This document shows positions 43,080-55,052 of a stretch of 64,000 nucleotides of DNA, piece after piece. Within the stretch, counting starts at the first letter, position 1. Every line of letters starts with the position of its first letter. Under the pieces are notes generated by a model that worked only from the letters and a program-made list of their open reading frames with translations, was not told the DNA's origin and ran no database searches. Location: contig OZ024740.1 of the NCBI GenBank assembly GCA_964016885.1, positions 352,842,001 to 352,906,000 of the forward strand, read 5' to 3'. Both the position numbers and the translations under genes were made by a program. This DNA is from Eledone cirrhosa (taxonomy: Eukaryota).

Positions 43080-44597
43080 GACCCACACTCCCCCGGCCTC
43101 AACTCCCCACCCTTATTCCTTTAGCGTTCGACCGCCCCCCTCCCCCACACTTATCCCCCACTAACACCACTAACACACCCCTCCTTTTCACCGCCCACCC
43201 CACACTAACAATACTAACACCTCCACTCCACCCCTCATCTGACCACCCTTCCCCAACTAACATACTAACATCCCTTCCCTCCCCTCTTCTCCTCCTCCCC
43301 CTCCTTATCACACGCACACACGCACCCACTTACACCACCCACCCCACACGCAACTAACATCACTAACACCCCCCAACCCCACGCACACGTACCTACACAC
43401 CCTCGTACACCACCAACTCTACACACCCTACCACCACTAACCCCCACTCACACCTGCATTCCACCCCTCCCCACCTCCCGTATACCAACACCCACTAACA
43501 CCTCTTCACCAAACTACACACACACCAGTACACCACACTCCCTCCATAGAACCACACACACCCTTCTCTCCCCGCTCCACCCACACCGCCGCTCACACTC
43601 ACTCATCCCACTAACACCCCTACTAATACACACACACACACACACACACCCTCCTCACTCCAACTCTCACACCTACCCATCCTCGCCCCCTACCATTCCA
43701 CCGACTGCTGCTATGCCCTTCCGACCACCTCTCAGCACCAACTGACCACAGCACTCCCACTGCTGACCACTTCCTGTTGCGCGCGCACCCCACATCTCTC
43801 CTCTTCCGACCACCGCTTCTTGGATTACCCACACGCGAAATTGACTTCTAACCAAATCTCCAAACATCCGTGGAACTTACCAACTTTTCAACCATCCTCT
43901 TACGCCATCACCTATATAACTCCCCCCCCCATTTCTTTCTTCTCCACACACCACCCACACCCACAACACGCTTAAACCACACACACGTGCTTCCCACCAC
44001 ATATTTACACCCTCAGCCTCCTGATTCCTCTCCCCCCACCCCCTATCCACATACGCACAGACACTCCGACCCACAAAAACACCCCCCACACACACCTCTT
44101 CCTGAACATGCAACCCCGTTCTTCCCCCAACCCTCACTTTCACATACACACACACACACACACACACACGCACACCTAACCACACACACCACCTTCAGCC
44201 CTCCCATCTCGGACACCCCGCCTCCCTCTCCCCACTCCACCCGCCACCACCCCTACTCACCCCACACCCTTCCACCACCTGTTTACCCCCCTTTTAATTT
44301 CATGCCTTTATTTTTAAATTTTTTCATTCCTTGTATTTTGATCATGCTTTATTTTTATTTATTATATTTTTTGTCTTTATTTGTTAATTTTTCATTCGCA
44401 CCGTTTCCTTTCGCTATATGTCTCTCCACCACTCCCCTACACACCTTTTGAACTCTGTTCCCACACACTTCTCACCTGAAGAAGGGCTTATGCCCGAAAC
44501 GTCGTCCCCCACCTACCCCCCACTCTCCTGAGCGTGAATTTAATAAACATTTATTGTACTGCCTCTCTGTTCTGTCCCTGTTCAAATTTTTCATTAT
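43080..44597 (+). repeat. C/A-rich low-complexity tract ending in a PLE-like terminal segment
   Basis: Strong C/A strand skew over 43080-44290. The 3' part has an HHR-like core at 44476 and AATAAA near 44542, then (TA)n. Confidence 0.55.
44471..44506 (+). ncRNA. Hammerhead-like core (stem I and III pairing not evident)
   Basis: CTGAAGA-A-GGGC ttat GCCC-GAAAC-GTC. Confidence 0.45.
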
Positions 44598-44700
44598 ATA
44601 TATATATATATATATGCAAAAGTTTTATTTAAAATTGTTGGGTTACAACAAGTAAATATTTTATAACTGATATAAAGCACTCGACACGTTTTTGGAGTAG

Positions 44701-45046
44701 ATATACGATATTAAACAAATGGAAACTATATTTATAAAACCATATTTATTTCATTATACATATTTCGTGGATACCATATTAAAAATATGGCATGCCTTCG
44801 TCAGATAAAATACAATATATAAACAGTTTTATAAATAATTTTGACGTACCATAAATATGAGCGACCATTATACATATTTGGTCGCTCATATTTATGGTAC
44901 GTCAAAATTATTTATAAAACTGTTTATATATTGTATTTTATCTGACGAAGGCATGCCATATTTTTAATATGGTATCCCCGAAATATGTATAATGAAATAA
45001 ATATGGTTTTATAAATATAGTTTCCATTTGTTTAATATCGTATATA
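44701..45046. mobile_element. Fold-back pseudo-LTR-like insertion (family D)
   Basis: Near-perfect palindrome centred near 44873 with arms of about 165 bp, each carrying an HHR. Confidence 0.8.
44934..44999 (+). ncRNA. Type I hammerhead ribozyme (minus-strand copy 44747-44812)
   Basis: TATTTTAT-CTGACGA(44942)-AGG.ATGCCATATT..AATATGGTAT.CC-C-GAAA-TATGT-ATA^ATGAAATA. 8-bp stem I, AUA triplet. Confidence 0.72.
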
Positions 45047-47342
45047 TATATATTGTTATACTTGGGGAGGGTCATATTTGTGTAATATTGCCAGAATTAA
45101 TAACAGAACACACTCACTGTTTGGTTGGTTTTCGCTTTTCGTTTCTGTGTCTTTTATATCGGTAATCTAATATAATATAATATACTCGGTCCTCAATGTT
45201 GCCATTGACTGACCGACGGTCAAAAATAATACAGATACAATATAGACACAAACACATATATATAGTTTATCATAAATCTTTCGTTGCACATCTGCAACAT
45301 CGTCAGTGGTTCTATTGTTTCCTCCTGTTGAATTGTATGGCTTCGCCATTTTTATTCAGTCTGTCTATATATTTATTTATTTATTTGCTTGTTTGTTTAT
45401 TTCATTTTGTCTTCTTTGCGCATGCGTGTGTGTATAGTGTTTTGTTTGATGTGTGATGTGTGTTCGTGATTGGGTGACTAATGTGTGTTTATGTGTTTGT
45501 TGTTATTGTGCTTGTGTATGTATGTATGTATTTATTTATTTATTTTATTTTATTTACTTATTTATACTTCTCTTAGGTCAGTGTTGTTTGTTTGGGTGTT
45601 GTTGTTATTCCATTCATTCTTTCTGTTTAGTCTTGGTCTTCTAATTTCTATTTCACTGGCCTCTCTGATTTGCCTATCTGCTGGGTCATTTCTATGTTTA
45701 GATATTATTCTAATTTCTATGTTGTCTATGTTACCGTCATGTTGTTGTCTGGCATGTTCGTATAGTACTGACCCGTTTTTTCGTCCTTTTAGTTCCCCCC
45801 AGTGTTGGTCTATCCTTTCACCTATGCTACGAGCTGTCTCACCTATGTATGTTGTTGTCATGTTTCTGCAGGTACCCTCTGTACATCTTATGCTATAGAC
45901 TACGTTTCTAGTTTTACAGTTTATCCGGAGGTTTACCTTACATATGATACATTTCCTATTGGTACAGTGGGTTTTCTTAAAAAGGTAGGTTTTGCTGATC
46001 AGGGATTTTATGGTGGTTCCTGGCTTTTCTACCACCTTAATTTTTAAGTGGGTCTTTCTCAGGGCCTTTCTACACTGGTTAGCTAATTTCCCTCCAGGGG
46101 TAGCGTCCACAAACATGACACTCTGGTATCTCTGGTTGTCGTACCATGAGGTGGCTTTCCCTATCTTATGTCTAGCCCTATCTAAGCTATTTCATGATTT
46201 GCTCCTGTATAATGGGCAAATTCCTTTCATGTCCAGTTCTATGAGGGTCTTATACTTCTCCATGGCTCCTTCGTATACTCTGACTCTGTCTCTTTGGTTG
46301 TAGCCAGAGAACTGCATGCGGTTGATGAAGTGTTGGATGTGTCTTTCCATTTCTGTTGGGTCGCACATGCGGGACACATTCTTCATCACTCGTACCAAAT
46401 CTGCGATCAGAATATTAAACTTAGCACTACTGGACATTTCTGAGTTTTTTAGTATCAGGTATTTGGAGGCCATGGGTTTAGCATAGTGTGAGTGGAGAAT
46501 TTGGGCTCTCTCGTCTATAGTGTTAATCCAGAGTTCTGTGTCTAATACAGGTAGTCTATTGTTAGGGTGTTTGGAAGGGAAGTCGATAGTTACAGTTATA
46601 CTCTGGTGTATGGAATTAGCTATCTACTGCATGCTTTCCATTGTGCTACGTTCTAAATAAAACTTGTTAGTGCTCTCTAGTGGGGATGTTCTTATAACTA
46701 TATTGATATCGTCTACATAACGAGAGTACATGATGAGGTCTATGGAGTTCTCATTAAGGAGATCTTTAAGTCTCCTTTCCCACCATACCATGAAAAGGTT
46801 GGCAACATCACCAGCTATGCTGACGCCAATGGCTGCTCCTTCATTTTGGGTGTAGATCTTCTCGTTGAACTTAAATATGTGGCCCTTGAGGGTAGTTTTG
46901 ATATTAGCCCCTATTGCATGTGCGACCATTTTTCTTACCTGATCATTGTTTTTGGGGGTCCGTATAGCTTTGGTCCACCCAATCCACCTTCCCATGGGAG
47001 TCTTTTTTGCCATTGAGGTTATGGTGGGGGTCTACCTCTTATGGGTCTACTAGGGCAGAAACGTCTAAGGTCATGGCTGTCTAGGTAGTCAGTGTCGTAG
47101 GTAAGTCTAAGTAGGAGGCCCAGTTCGTCTGTGTCGACGTCGCAGAACTCCACCTCACTCTCAATGATCATCTCCACACATTTTTTCACAGCAAAATCAA
47201 TGTTAATGGATGGGTACAGTGACACCACATCCATGCTGCCTATTATGCAGTTGGATAGGTTCCTGTTTTTGTTGCACTCACGGATTCTGCTGAGGAGGTC
47301 CTCTGTACTGTCACATACATCCGGGGATATCTTGATTATGGG
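45047..47342 (-). mobile_element. Inverted, 5'-truncated arm of the Penelope-like element (RT C-terminal half, GIY-YIG, pseudo-LTR)
   Basis: Reverse complement of about 48976-51272. ORFs 47019-47378, 46624-47013, 46192-46473 and 45562-46116 (RNVVY...YIGETAR). Confidence 0.93.
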
Positions 47343-47936
47343 ACAACGAAATACGCCCGAAACGAATGCAATATGCACTTCAATAAGAAATTAGAGTGGA
47401 TGAACAAGAAAAAACTACTAGAAAGGAAAATAGAATATTCTCAAAAATACCCAGATAACATCAACAATATCCGCATGACTGATGTAAAACTACCGGAAGA
47501 ATTTACCAATGACCACACAGTAAATATTTATGGGAACACTTTAATCAGTGAACAAGAACAACAAATCCTGCAGCTACCACCAAAATTTGCCATCTACAAA
47601 AAGATTAACGCTATGGAGTGCAAAACGGAGCTGGAAAAGTGTTTCACAAAAATACGTTGGAATGCAAAGGTAAACAACAACAACAACAACAACAATAATA
47701 ACGGTAGTAGTAATATAAACAATAACTCTGAGTATAGAAATAACAGCCATAACAATAACAATAACAGGAAAGTGAGAAATAGTAATAATGGTAATAATAC
47801 TAACGATAGACAGAACAACAACAACCACAATAATAATAATAATAGAAACATTAACCACAGACACAGCAGCAGCGACCACAGTAGTAATAACGGTAACAAT
47901 ACGAACAACAACAACAATAACCACAGTGGTAATAAT

Positions 47937-48110
47937 TGTTTCTACGTTTGGCACAAGGCCAGCAATTACCCAGTGCATTACTGGTACTTTATTTTATCGA
48001 CCTCGTAAGGATGAAAGGCAAAGTCAACCTCAGCGGGATTTGAACTGAGATCGTAAAGGGACGTAACTATGCTGGAAAGCATGGCGTCTAACCCTCTACC
48101 GATACTGCCA
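47937..48110 (-). mobile_element. tRNA-derived SINE inserted in the PLE Asn-rich region
   Basis: Same family as 60203-60362 and 8090-8412 (GATTTGAACT is the B box on the minus strand). Flanked by AATAAT direct repeats at 47931 and 48111. Confidence 0.8.
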
Positions 48111-51006
48111 AATAATGGAAATAATACATGTAGCAACATTAATGATAGACACAACAAAAACAAGAAACATAATAATAGTAACAACCACAATGGTAGAAAT
48201 AACAGTAACAACAACAATAACGGTGAAGTAAACAACAATACATCTAGCAATCATAACAATAATAATAATGCTAATGATAGGAACAACAACAACCACCATG
48301 ATAACAATAATAGTAACACACACAACTATGACGATAGATATAATGACAACCCCTTAAAGAAACTATTTTTCAACCCAGCTGACAAAACATATAAGATGGG
48401 TAATATCTATCCTACGAGGTTACCCTTTAATAAAAGAGTTTGCATACCACAACAAATAGATGACGAGACAGAGGCACAGTTCACCATAGCTAGAAATAAG
48501 ATTAGACAAATAGTAGACAGGTATACTGAGAGACAGAGCAGACCAGAGGCCCAACAACTTGGGAGGAAACCTGTAGAAGGCTTGGTTAGCCTCAAGCAGC
48601 GCACAAGGGATGGTGAGGTAGTATGTCTACCCACGGATAAGTCTGGTAGGATGTCAATAGATAGCATGCCGAACTACATCAAGGCTATGCAACCTCACAT
48701 CACCAACACGAACGAAATTGCACAACAAACACACGATGGGAGAGAGAAAATCCTCAACGCTCACATGATGATGTGGACTGATATCCTAAAGCCAAGCAGA
48801 CGCACTGCCAACAACTTCCAGGCGTCTAACAATGGCATACCACCCTTGTATGGGCTCCGCAAAGACCATAAGACAGTAGACAACCCGACAACAGGACCAC
48901 CAACAAGACACGTATGCGGAGCTAATATAGCTAGTAACTACAGGATCTCCTACTTCCTCTCAATGGTTATACGCCCCATAATCAAGATGTCCCCGGATGT
49001 ATGTGACAGTACAGAGGACCTCCTCAGCAGAATCAGTGAGTGCAACAAAAACAGGAACCTATCCAACTGCATAATAGGCAGCATGGATGTGGTGTCACTG
49101 TACCCATCCATTAACATTGATTTTGCTGTGAAAAAATGTGTGGAGATGATCATTGAGAGTGAGGTGGAGTTCTGCGACGTCGACACAGACGAACTGGGCC
49201 TCCTACTTAGACTTACATACGACACTGACTACCTAGACAGCCATGACCTTAGACGTTTCTGCCCTAGTAGACCCATAAGAGGTAGACCCTCACCATAACC
49301 TCAATGGCAAAAAAGACTCTCATGGGAAGGTGGATTGGGTGGACCAAAGCTATACGGACCCCCAAAAACAATGATCAGGTAAGAAAAATGGTCGCACATG
49401 CAATAGGGGCTAGTATCAAAACTACCCTCAAGGGCCACATATTTAAGTTCAACGAGAAGATCTACACCCAAAATGAAGGAGCAGCCATTGGCGTCAGCAT
49501 AGCTGGTGATGTTGCCAACCTTTTCCTGGTATGGTGGGAAAGGAGACTTAAAGATCTCCTTAATGAGAGCTCCATAGACCTCATCATGTACTCTCGTTAT
49601 GTAGACGATATCAATATAGTTATAAGAACATCCCCACTAGAGAGCACTAACAGGTTTGATTTAGAACGTAGCACAATGGAAAGCATCCAGCAGATAGCTA
49701 ATTCCATACACCAGAGTATAACTGTAACTATCGACTTCCCTTCCAAACACCCTAACAATAGACTACCTGTATTAGACACAGAACTCTGGATTAACACTAT
49801 AGACGAGAGAGCCCAAATTCTCCACTCACACTATGCTAAACCCATGGCCTCCAAATACCTGATACTCAAAAACTCAGCAATGTCCAGTAGTGCTAAGTTT
49901 AATATTCTGATCGCAGATTTGGTACGAGTGATGAAGAATGTGTCCCGCATGTGCGACCCAACAGAAATGGAAAGACACATCCAACACTTCATCAACCGCA
50001 TGCAGTTCTCTGGCTACAACCAAAGAGACAGAGTCAGAGTATACGAAGGAGCCATGGAGAATTATAAGACCCTCATAGAACTGGACATGAAAGGAATTTG
50101 CCCATTATACAGGAGCAAATCATGGAATAGCTTAGATAGGGCTAGACATAAGATAGGGAAAGCCACCTCATGGTACGACAACCAGAGATACCAGAGTGTC
50201 ATGTTTGTGGACGCTACTCCTGGAGGGAAATTAGCTAACCTGTGTAGAAAGGCCCTGAGAAAGACCCACTTAAAAATTAAGGTGGTAGAAAAGCCAGGAA
50301 CCACCATAAAATCCCTGATCAGCAAAACCTAACCTTTTAAGAAAACCCACTGTACCAATAGGAAATGTATCATATGTAAGGTAAACCCCCGGATAAACTG
50401 TAAAACTAGAAACGTAGTCTATAGCATAAGATGTACAGAGGGTACCTGCAGAAACATGACAACAACATACATAGGTGAGATAGCTCGTAGCATAGGTGAA
50501 AGGATAGACCAACACTGGGGGGAACTAAAAGGACGAAAAAACGGGTCAGTACTATACGAACATGCCAGACAACAACATGACGGTAACATAGACAACATAG
50601 AAATTAGAATAATATCTAAACATAGAAATGACCCAGCAGATAGGCAAATCAGAGAGGCCAGTGAAATAGAAATTAGAAGACCAAGACTAAACAGAAAGAA
50701 TGAATGGAATAACAACAACACCCAAACAAACAACACTGACCTAAGAGAAGTATAAATAAGTAAATAAAATAAAATAAAATATATAAATAAATAAATAAAT
50801 ACATACACAAGCACAATAACAACAAACACATAAACACACATCAGTTACCCAATCACGAACACACATCACACATCAAACAAAACACTATACACACACGCAT
50901 GCGCAAAGAAGACAAAATGAAATAAACAAACAAGCAAATAAATAAATAAATATATAGACAGACTGAATAAAAATGGCGTAGCCATACAATTCAACAGGAG
51001 GAAACA

Positions 51007-51060
51007 ATAGAACCACTGACGATGTTGCAGATGTGCAACGAAAGATTTATGATAAACTAT
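51007..51060 (+). ncRNA. Hammerhead-like motif in the PLE pseudo-LTR (minus-strand copy 45262-45315)
   Basis: CTGACGA(51016)-T-GTTGCA gatg TGCAAC-GAAA-GAT-TTA^TGAT. Stem II is perfect. Stem I is weak. Confidence 0.6.
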
Positions 51061-51314
51061 ATATATGTGTTTGTGTCGATATTGTATCTGTATTATTTTT
51101 GACCGTCGGTCAGTCAATGGCAACATTGAGGACCGAGTATATTATATTATATTAGATTACCGATATAAAAGACACAGAAGCGAAAAGCGAAAACCAACCA
51201 AACAGTGAGTGTGTTCTGTTATTAATTCTGGCAATATTACACAAATATGACCCTCCCCAAGTATAACAATATTTGTTTCGACACACGATTTCATATAAAA
51301 AAAACCTCGCAAAA

Positions 51315-51361
<47 letters not shown>

Positions 51362-51363
<2 letters not shown>

Positions 51364-52141
51364 CAAAGGAATTGTGGTAAGGAACCAGATGGACCATAAT
51401 GCACCAGAGAACTCAATACTTAGGGTAGTAGAGTGGGAAATAGGAAAAAGTATGACCCCGACGGCAGAGCTCAAGCCGTTTCGACGCCTATTTCTGGACT
51501 AAATTAGAATTTTTAGCCTGGTGAATAAATAGCCGAACTTGTCAAGGGGGTATTCCTTATATGGGAAGATTGTAGTTGTCAAGAGGATTGGTTAAAATTT
51601 GTTGTAAACACAAATAAATCTATCATGGCATTTGGTGGGAAGTAGGGTGGCTGAACTTGCCTGTAGAACAATTTCTACAAGTTTTTTCTATTCTCAACTT
51701 ATTAACCTGTAATTGTAAGATAGCATTGTGATTTTTTTTATTCATTTCTCACTATATATTTTTTATTTTTTTCTATTATCTTTTATTGTCACCTACTCTC
51801 ATTCGATTTACCTATTCTAGAACCTCCCTCCTCCACTTCATACACTATCCTTAGAATCTGCTGCATACATATCACTTTCAAGGCTTGACCGCCCCACTCA
51901 CTCCCCTATTTTTCTACAGGCAAGTTCAGCCACCCTACCTCCCACCGAATGCCATGATAGACTTATTTGTGTTTACAACAAATTTTAACCAATCCTCTTG
52001 ACAACTACAATCTTCCCATATAAGGAAGTGCCCTCTTGACAAGTTCGGCTATTTATTCACCAGGCTAAAAATTCTAATTTAGTCCAGAAATAGCCGTCGA
52101 AACGGCTTGAGCTCTGCCGTCGGGGTCATACTTTTTCCTAT
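51362..52141. mobile_element. Longest family A fold-back pseudo-LTR-like insertion
   Basis: Inverted arms about 51440-51673 and 51908-52141, with a single-copy tail at 51362-51440. (TA)n flanks. Confidence 0.8.
52021..52140 (+). ncRNA. Type I hammerhead with a U3-A8 variant core (minus-strand copy 51441-51559)
   Basis: GTGCCCTC-TTGACAA(52036)-G.CGGCTATTT...AAATAGCCG.C-GAAA(52099)-CGGC ttgagctct GCC-GTC^GGGGTCAT. All three stems are present, with a GUC triplet. Confidence 0.72.
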
Positions 52142-52362
52142 ATATACATATTAAAATAATAGATTAAAGTTTAAGCAAAGAATCGCTGCTTTCACCCTTA
52201 ACGGGATCTTCTGAAACTAAAAAAGTCAATCTTGCCCTCTTTGGATTTTAGTCTTCAAATTTATTATTATTACTATATATATATATATGTATGTATATAT
52301 AAATATCTCGTTTCTGAATTTGTTTAGCAAGATTCTTTATCTGAAAACATGTGTTGAAACCG

Positions 52363-52865
52363 ATATTGTTATACTTTGGGAGGGTCATGTTGCCAATAAG
52401 AAACACACGCACCAGTTGCTTTCACTTCAATTTATTATAATAAATTTATAAATTTAGGAATTTATAAATTTCAGGATGGTTGGTTCCACAACCAGATGGT
52501 TGTTTATATACTGTCAAAGTTCTTTCGTCACACATTCTGTGACCTCTTCAGTGACTGGGGATTCTTTTCTTTGTTTTTGTGCCTCTCCTTTGTTCTGTCC
52601 TACGCCATCTTGTTTTTGGCGTAGGACAGAACAAAGGAGAGGCACAAAAACAAAGAAAAGAATCCCCAGTCACTGAAGAGGTCACAGAATGTGTGACGAA
52701 AGAACTTTGACAATATATAAATAATCATCTGGTTGTGGAACCAACCAACCAACCGGAAATTTATAAATTCCTAAATTTATAAATTTATTATAATAAATTG
52801 AAGTGAAAGCAACTGGTGCGTGTGTTTCTTATTGGCAACATGACCCTCCCAAAGTATAACAATAT
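52363..52865. mobile_element. Fold-back pseudo-LTR-like insertion (family E)
   Basis: Arms 52363-52607 and 52617-52865 with a 9-bp spacer. The terminal ATGACCCTCCCAAAGTATAACAATAT is nearly identical to the 3' end of the large PLE. Confidence 0.82.
52669..52711 (+). ncRNA. Minimal type I hammerhead (minus-strand copy 52513-52555)
   Basis: GTCA-CTGAAGA(52673)-G-GTCACA gaatg TGTGAC-GAAA-GAA-CTT^TGAC. Confidence 0.65.
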
Positions 52866-52884
52866 ATATATATTGCTCGCTCTC

Positions 52885-53237
52885 TCACTGAGAGAGTGAG
52901 AGAGCGAGCGAGAGAGAAGAGAAGATATGGTAGAGAGGGAGATGGGGGAGATATAGTACAGAGGGAGAGGGAGGAGATATGTTACAGAGAGAGAGAGAGA
53001 GAGAGAGGAGATATGTTACAGAGAGAGAGAGGACAGGGAGAGAGGAAGAGAGAAGATATGGTACAGAGAGAGAAGGAGAGAGAGAGAGAGAGAGAGGACA
53101 TATGGTATAAAGTGAGTGAGAGAGGGGAGATATGGTACAAAGAGACAGAGAGAGAGAGATGAGATATGATGCAGAGAGAGAGAGAGAGAAAGGAGGAGAT
53201 ATGATACAAAGAGAGAGAGAGAGAGAGAGATAAAGAG

Positions 53238-53268
<31 letters not shown>

Positions 53269-53640
53269 GAGAGAGAGTGAGAGAGCGCGAGAGCGAGAGA
53301 AGAGATATGGTATAAAAAGAGACAGAGAGGGAGATGAGATACAAAGAGAGAGAAAGAGGGAGATATAATACAAAGAGAGAAAGAAAGAGAGGAGTGATAC
53401 AAAAGAGTGAGAGCGGAAAGACATAATTAACAGAGAGAGGGGGGGGGGATATGTAAAAGAGAGGGAAAAAGAGACAGAGAGAGAGAGAGAGGGAGAAAGA
53501 GTAAGAGAGGAGAAATGACACAAACAGAGAGAGATGGGGAAAATAAGATTTAAAAAGAGAGAAAGAGAGAGAGAAAATAACAGAAAGAAAGAGATGGAGT
53601 AAGTAAGAGTGGCGGAAAGAGGTAGGCAGATACGTTGAAG
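52885..53640. repeat. GA-rich degenerate microsatellite
   Basis: (GA)n runs with recurring GAGATAT..TACA spacers. Confidence 0.9.
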
Positions 53641-53779
53641 GGGAGGAGAAAAAAGTAGAGGAGTGAGGAGATGAAAAAATTATGGAAGCCAGTTAGGACA
53701 AGTAATTGTGTATTGTATACAAATCTGGGTTGAAAAGTTCTTTGGCTGACTATAAAGGAGTGATGCTAGAGCTGCGAAA

Positions 53780-54244
53780 TCTATATATATAAAAGCAAGG
53801 ATGTGTGTGTGTGTGTGTGTGTGGACAACTTTGGACAGCTAAGGCTTTTACAATTCCCAACCGAATGTGCACCAACATTTTTCAAATCGACCCACATTGA
53901 GCAATAAAAAATCGATAGCAAACTTATTTTTTCTAAAGTGCATGATGTAAGGGAGAAATCAATCAAAACAAAATCCTTATGGGACTTTCCATTCAAACTG
54001 TTGGGACCTGCAACTTTTCAGCTGTAGCTTGCACATTTTTTTGTCACTCGCGACAAAATTGTAGGTGTTTATTCTCTGCACTACAAGGCTCTTAAGCGAA
54101 CATCGATTTTCTTCTAAGTCACATGCCTGTGTCAGCAAACCCATAAAAACTAAATCCTTATGGGATTTTCCATTCAATTTACTTCCTAGCTGTACATTCC
54201 TAGCATAATTTCAAACCCCGGGCAACGCCGGGTAAATCTGCTAG
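53780..54244 (+). mobile_element. Non-autonomous Helitron-like element
   Basis: Starts A|TC, has an internal (GT)n, and ends with the GC-rich hairpin CCCGGGCAACGCCGGG followed 8 nt later by CTAG|T. No target-site duplication seen. Internal direct repeat AAATCCTTATGGGA.TTTCCATTCAA. Confidence 0.75.
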
Positions 54245-54275
<31 letters not shown>

Positions 54276-54693
54276 CATAAATAAAGATGCTGATGTTACA
54301 TAAATCGTTTAATCATTATAATTATTTCCACGGTTCTCCATGCAATCAAGATGTGATTCATGCATTTGTTGCTGTTATGAGAACGGTATCCTCAGATGAA
54401 ATCCGATTTAGTGATATGCTGCCGGCAGGAAAAAAAACACAACCGTCATTCTGCTCGTGCATCAAGCAGACATATGAGTTCCTGAAAGGATCTCCCAGCC
54501 GTTGTGTTTACTGGAGTAAAGTGCTACCCACGTGTCAATTAGCCAAATCAGGATTCACGCATCCCCCGCGGAATTGAGGTCGTAAATCAGCAGAAAGGTA
54601 ACCCCTCAAGTATGCTGTGTTGATCTGTATCAAACGATAGTCTATGCGTAGCCAGAGACCAGTAGATAGTGGAAGCAATAAATGGAACTCTGA

Positions 54694-54982
54694 GGGAGGG
54701 TGGGGGTATGTATTTTGTTGACAGTCACATTCAAGACAACAGCTACAACAACATGTGAGTTGTTTGTATATATTGCTGTATATATTTATTGTTGCTGTTG
54801 TTGTTGTAGCTGTTGTCTTGAATGTGGCTGTCAACAAAATATATACTCCATCCTCCCTTACAGTTCCATTTATTTATATTTAAAATAGAATAATTAAACA
54901 TTACAATAATACAACGGTTGGAAACATAATAGTACCACTGATGATGTCACAAGTGTGTGATGAAAGAACTTTGAGAGACTAC

Positions 54983-54985
<3 letters not shown>
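54694..54985 (+). mobile_element. Short fold-back pseudo-LTR-like insertion with an HHR-like motif at 54930-54981
   Basis: Arms 54694-54752 and 54796-54857. Motif CTGATGA(54938)-T-GTCACA agtg TGTGAT-GAAA-GAA-CTT^TG is related to family E. Confidence 0.62.

Positions 54986-55046
<61 letters not shown>

Positions 55047-55052
<6 letters not shown>

Larger units (their letters stand above)
47343..51318 (+). mobile_element. Penelope-like retroelement (Asn-rich N-terminus, PLE RT, Cys-rich linker, C-terminal GIY-YIG, pseudo-LTR), disrupted
   Basis: PTDKSGR, PPLYGLRKDHK, GSMDVVSLYPSI, YTQNEGAAIG, YSRYVDD, LPVLD, CxxxxCxxC linker, VVY..C.....YIGE, E..I....P.LN. SINE insertion at 47937, frameshift near 49296, in-frame TAA at 50330. 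Confidence 0.95.
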
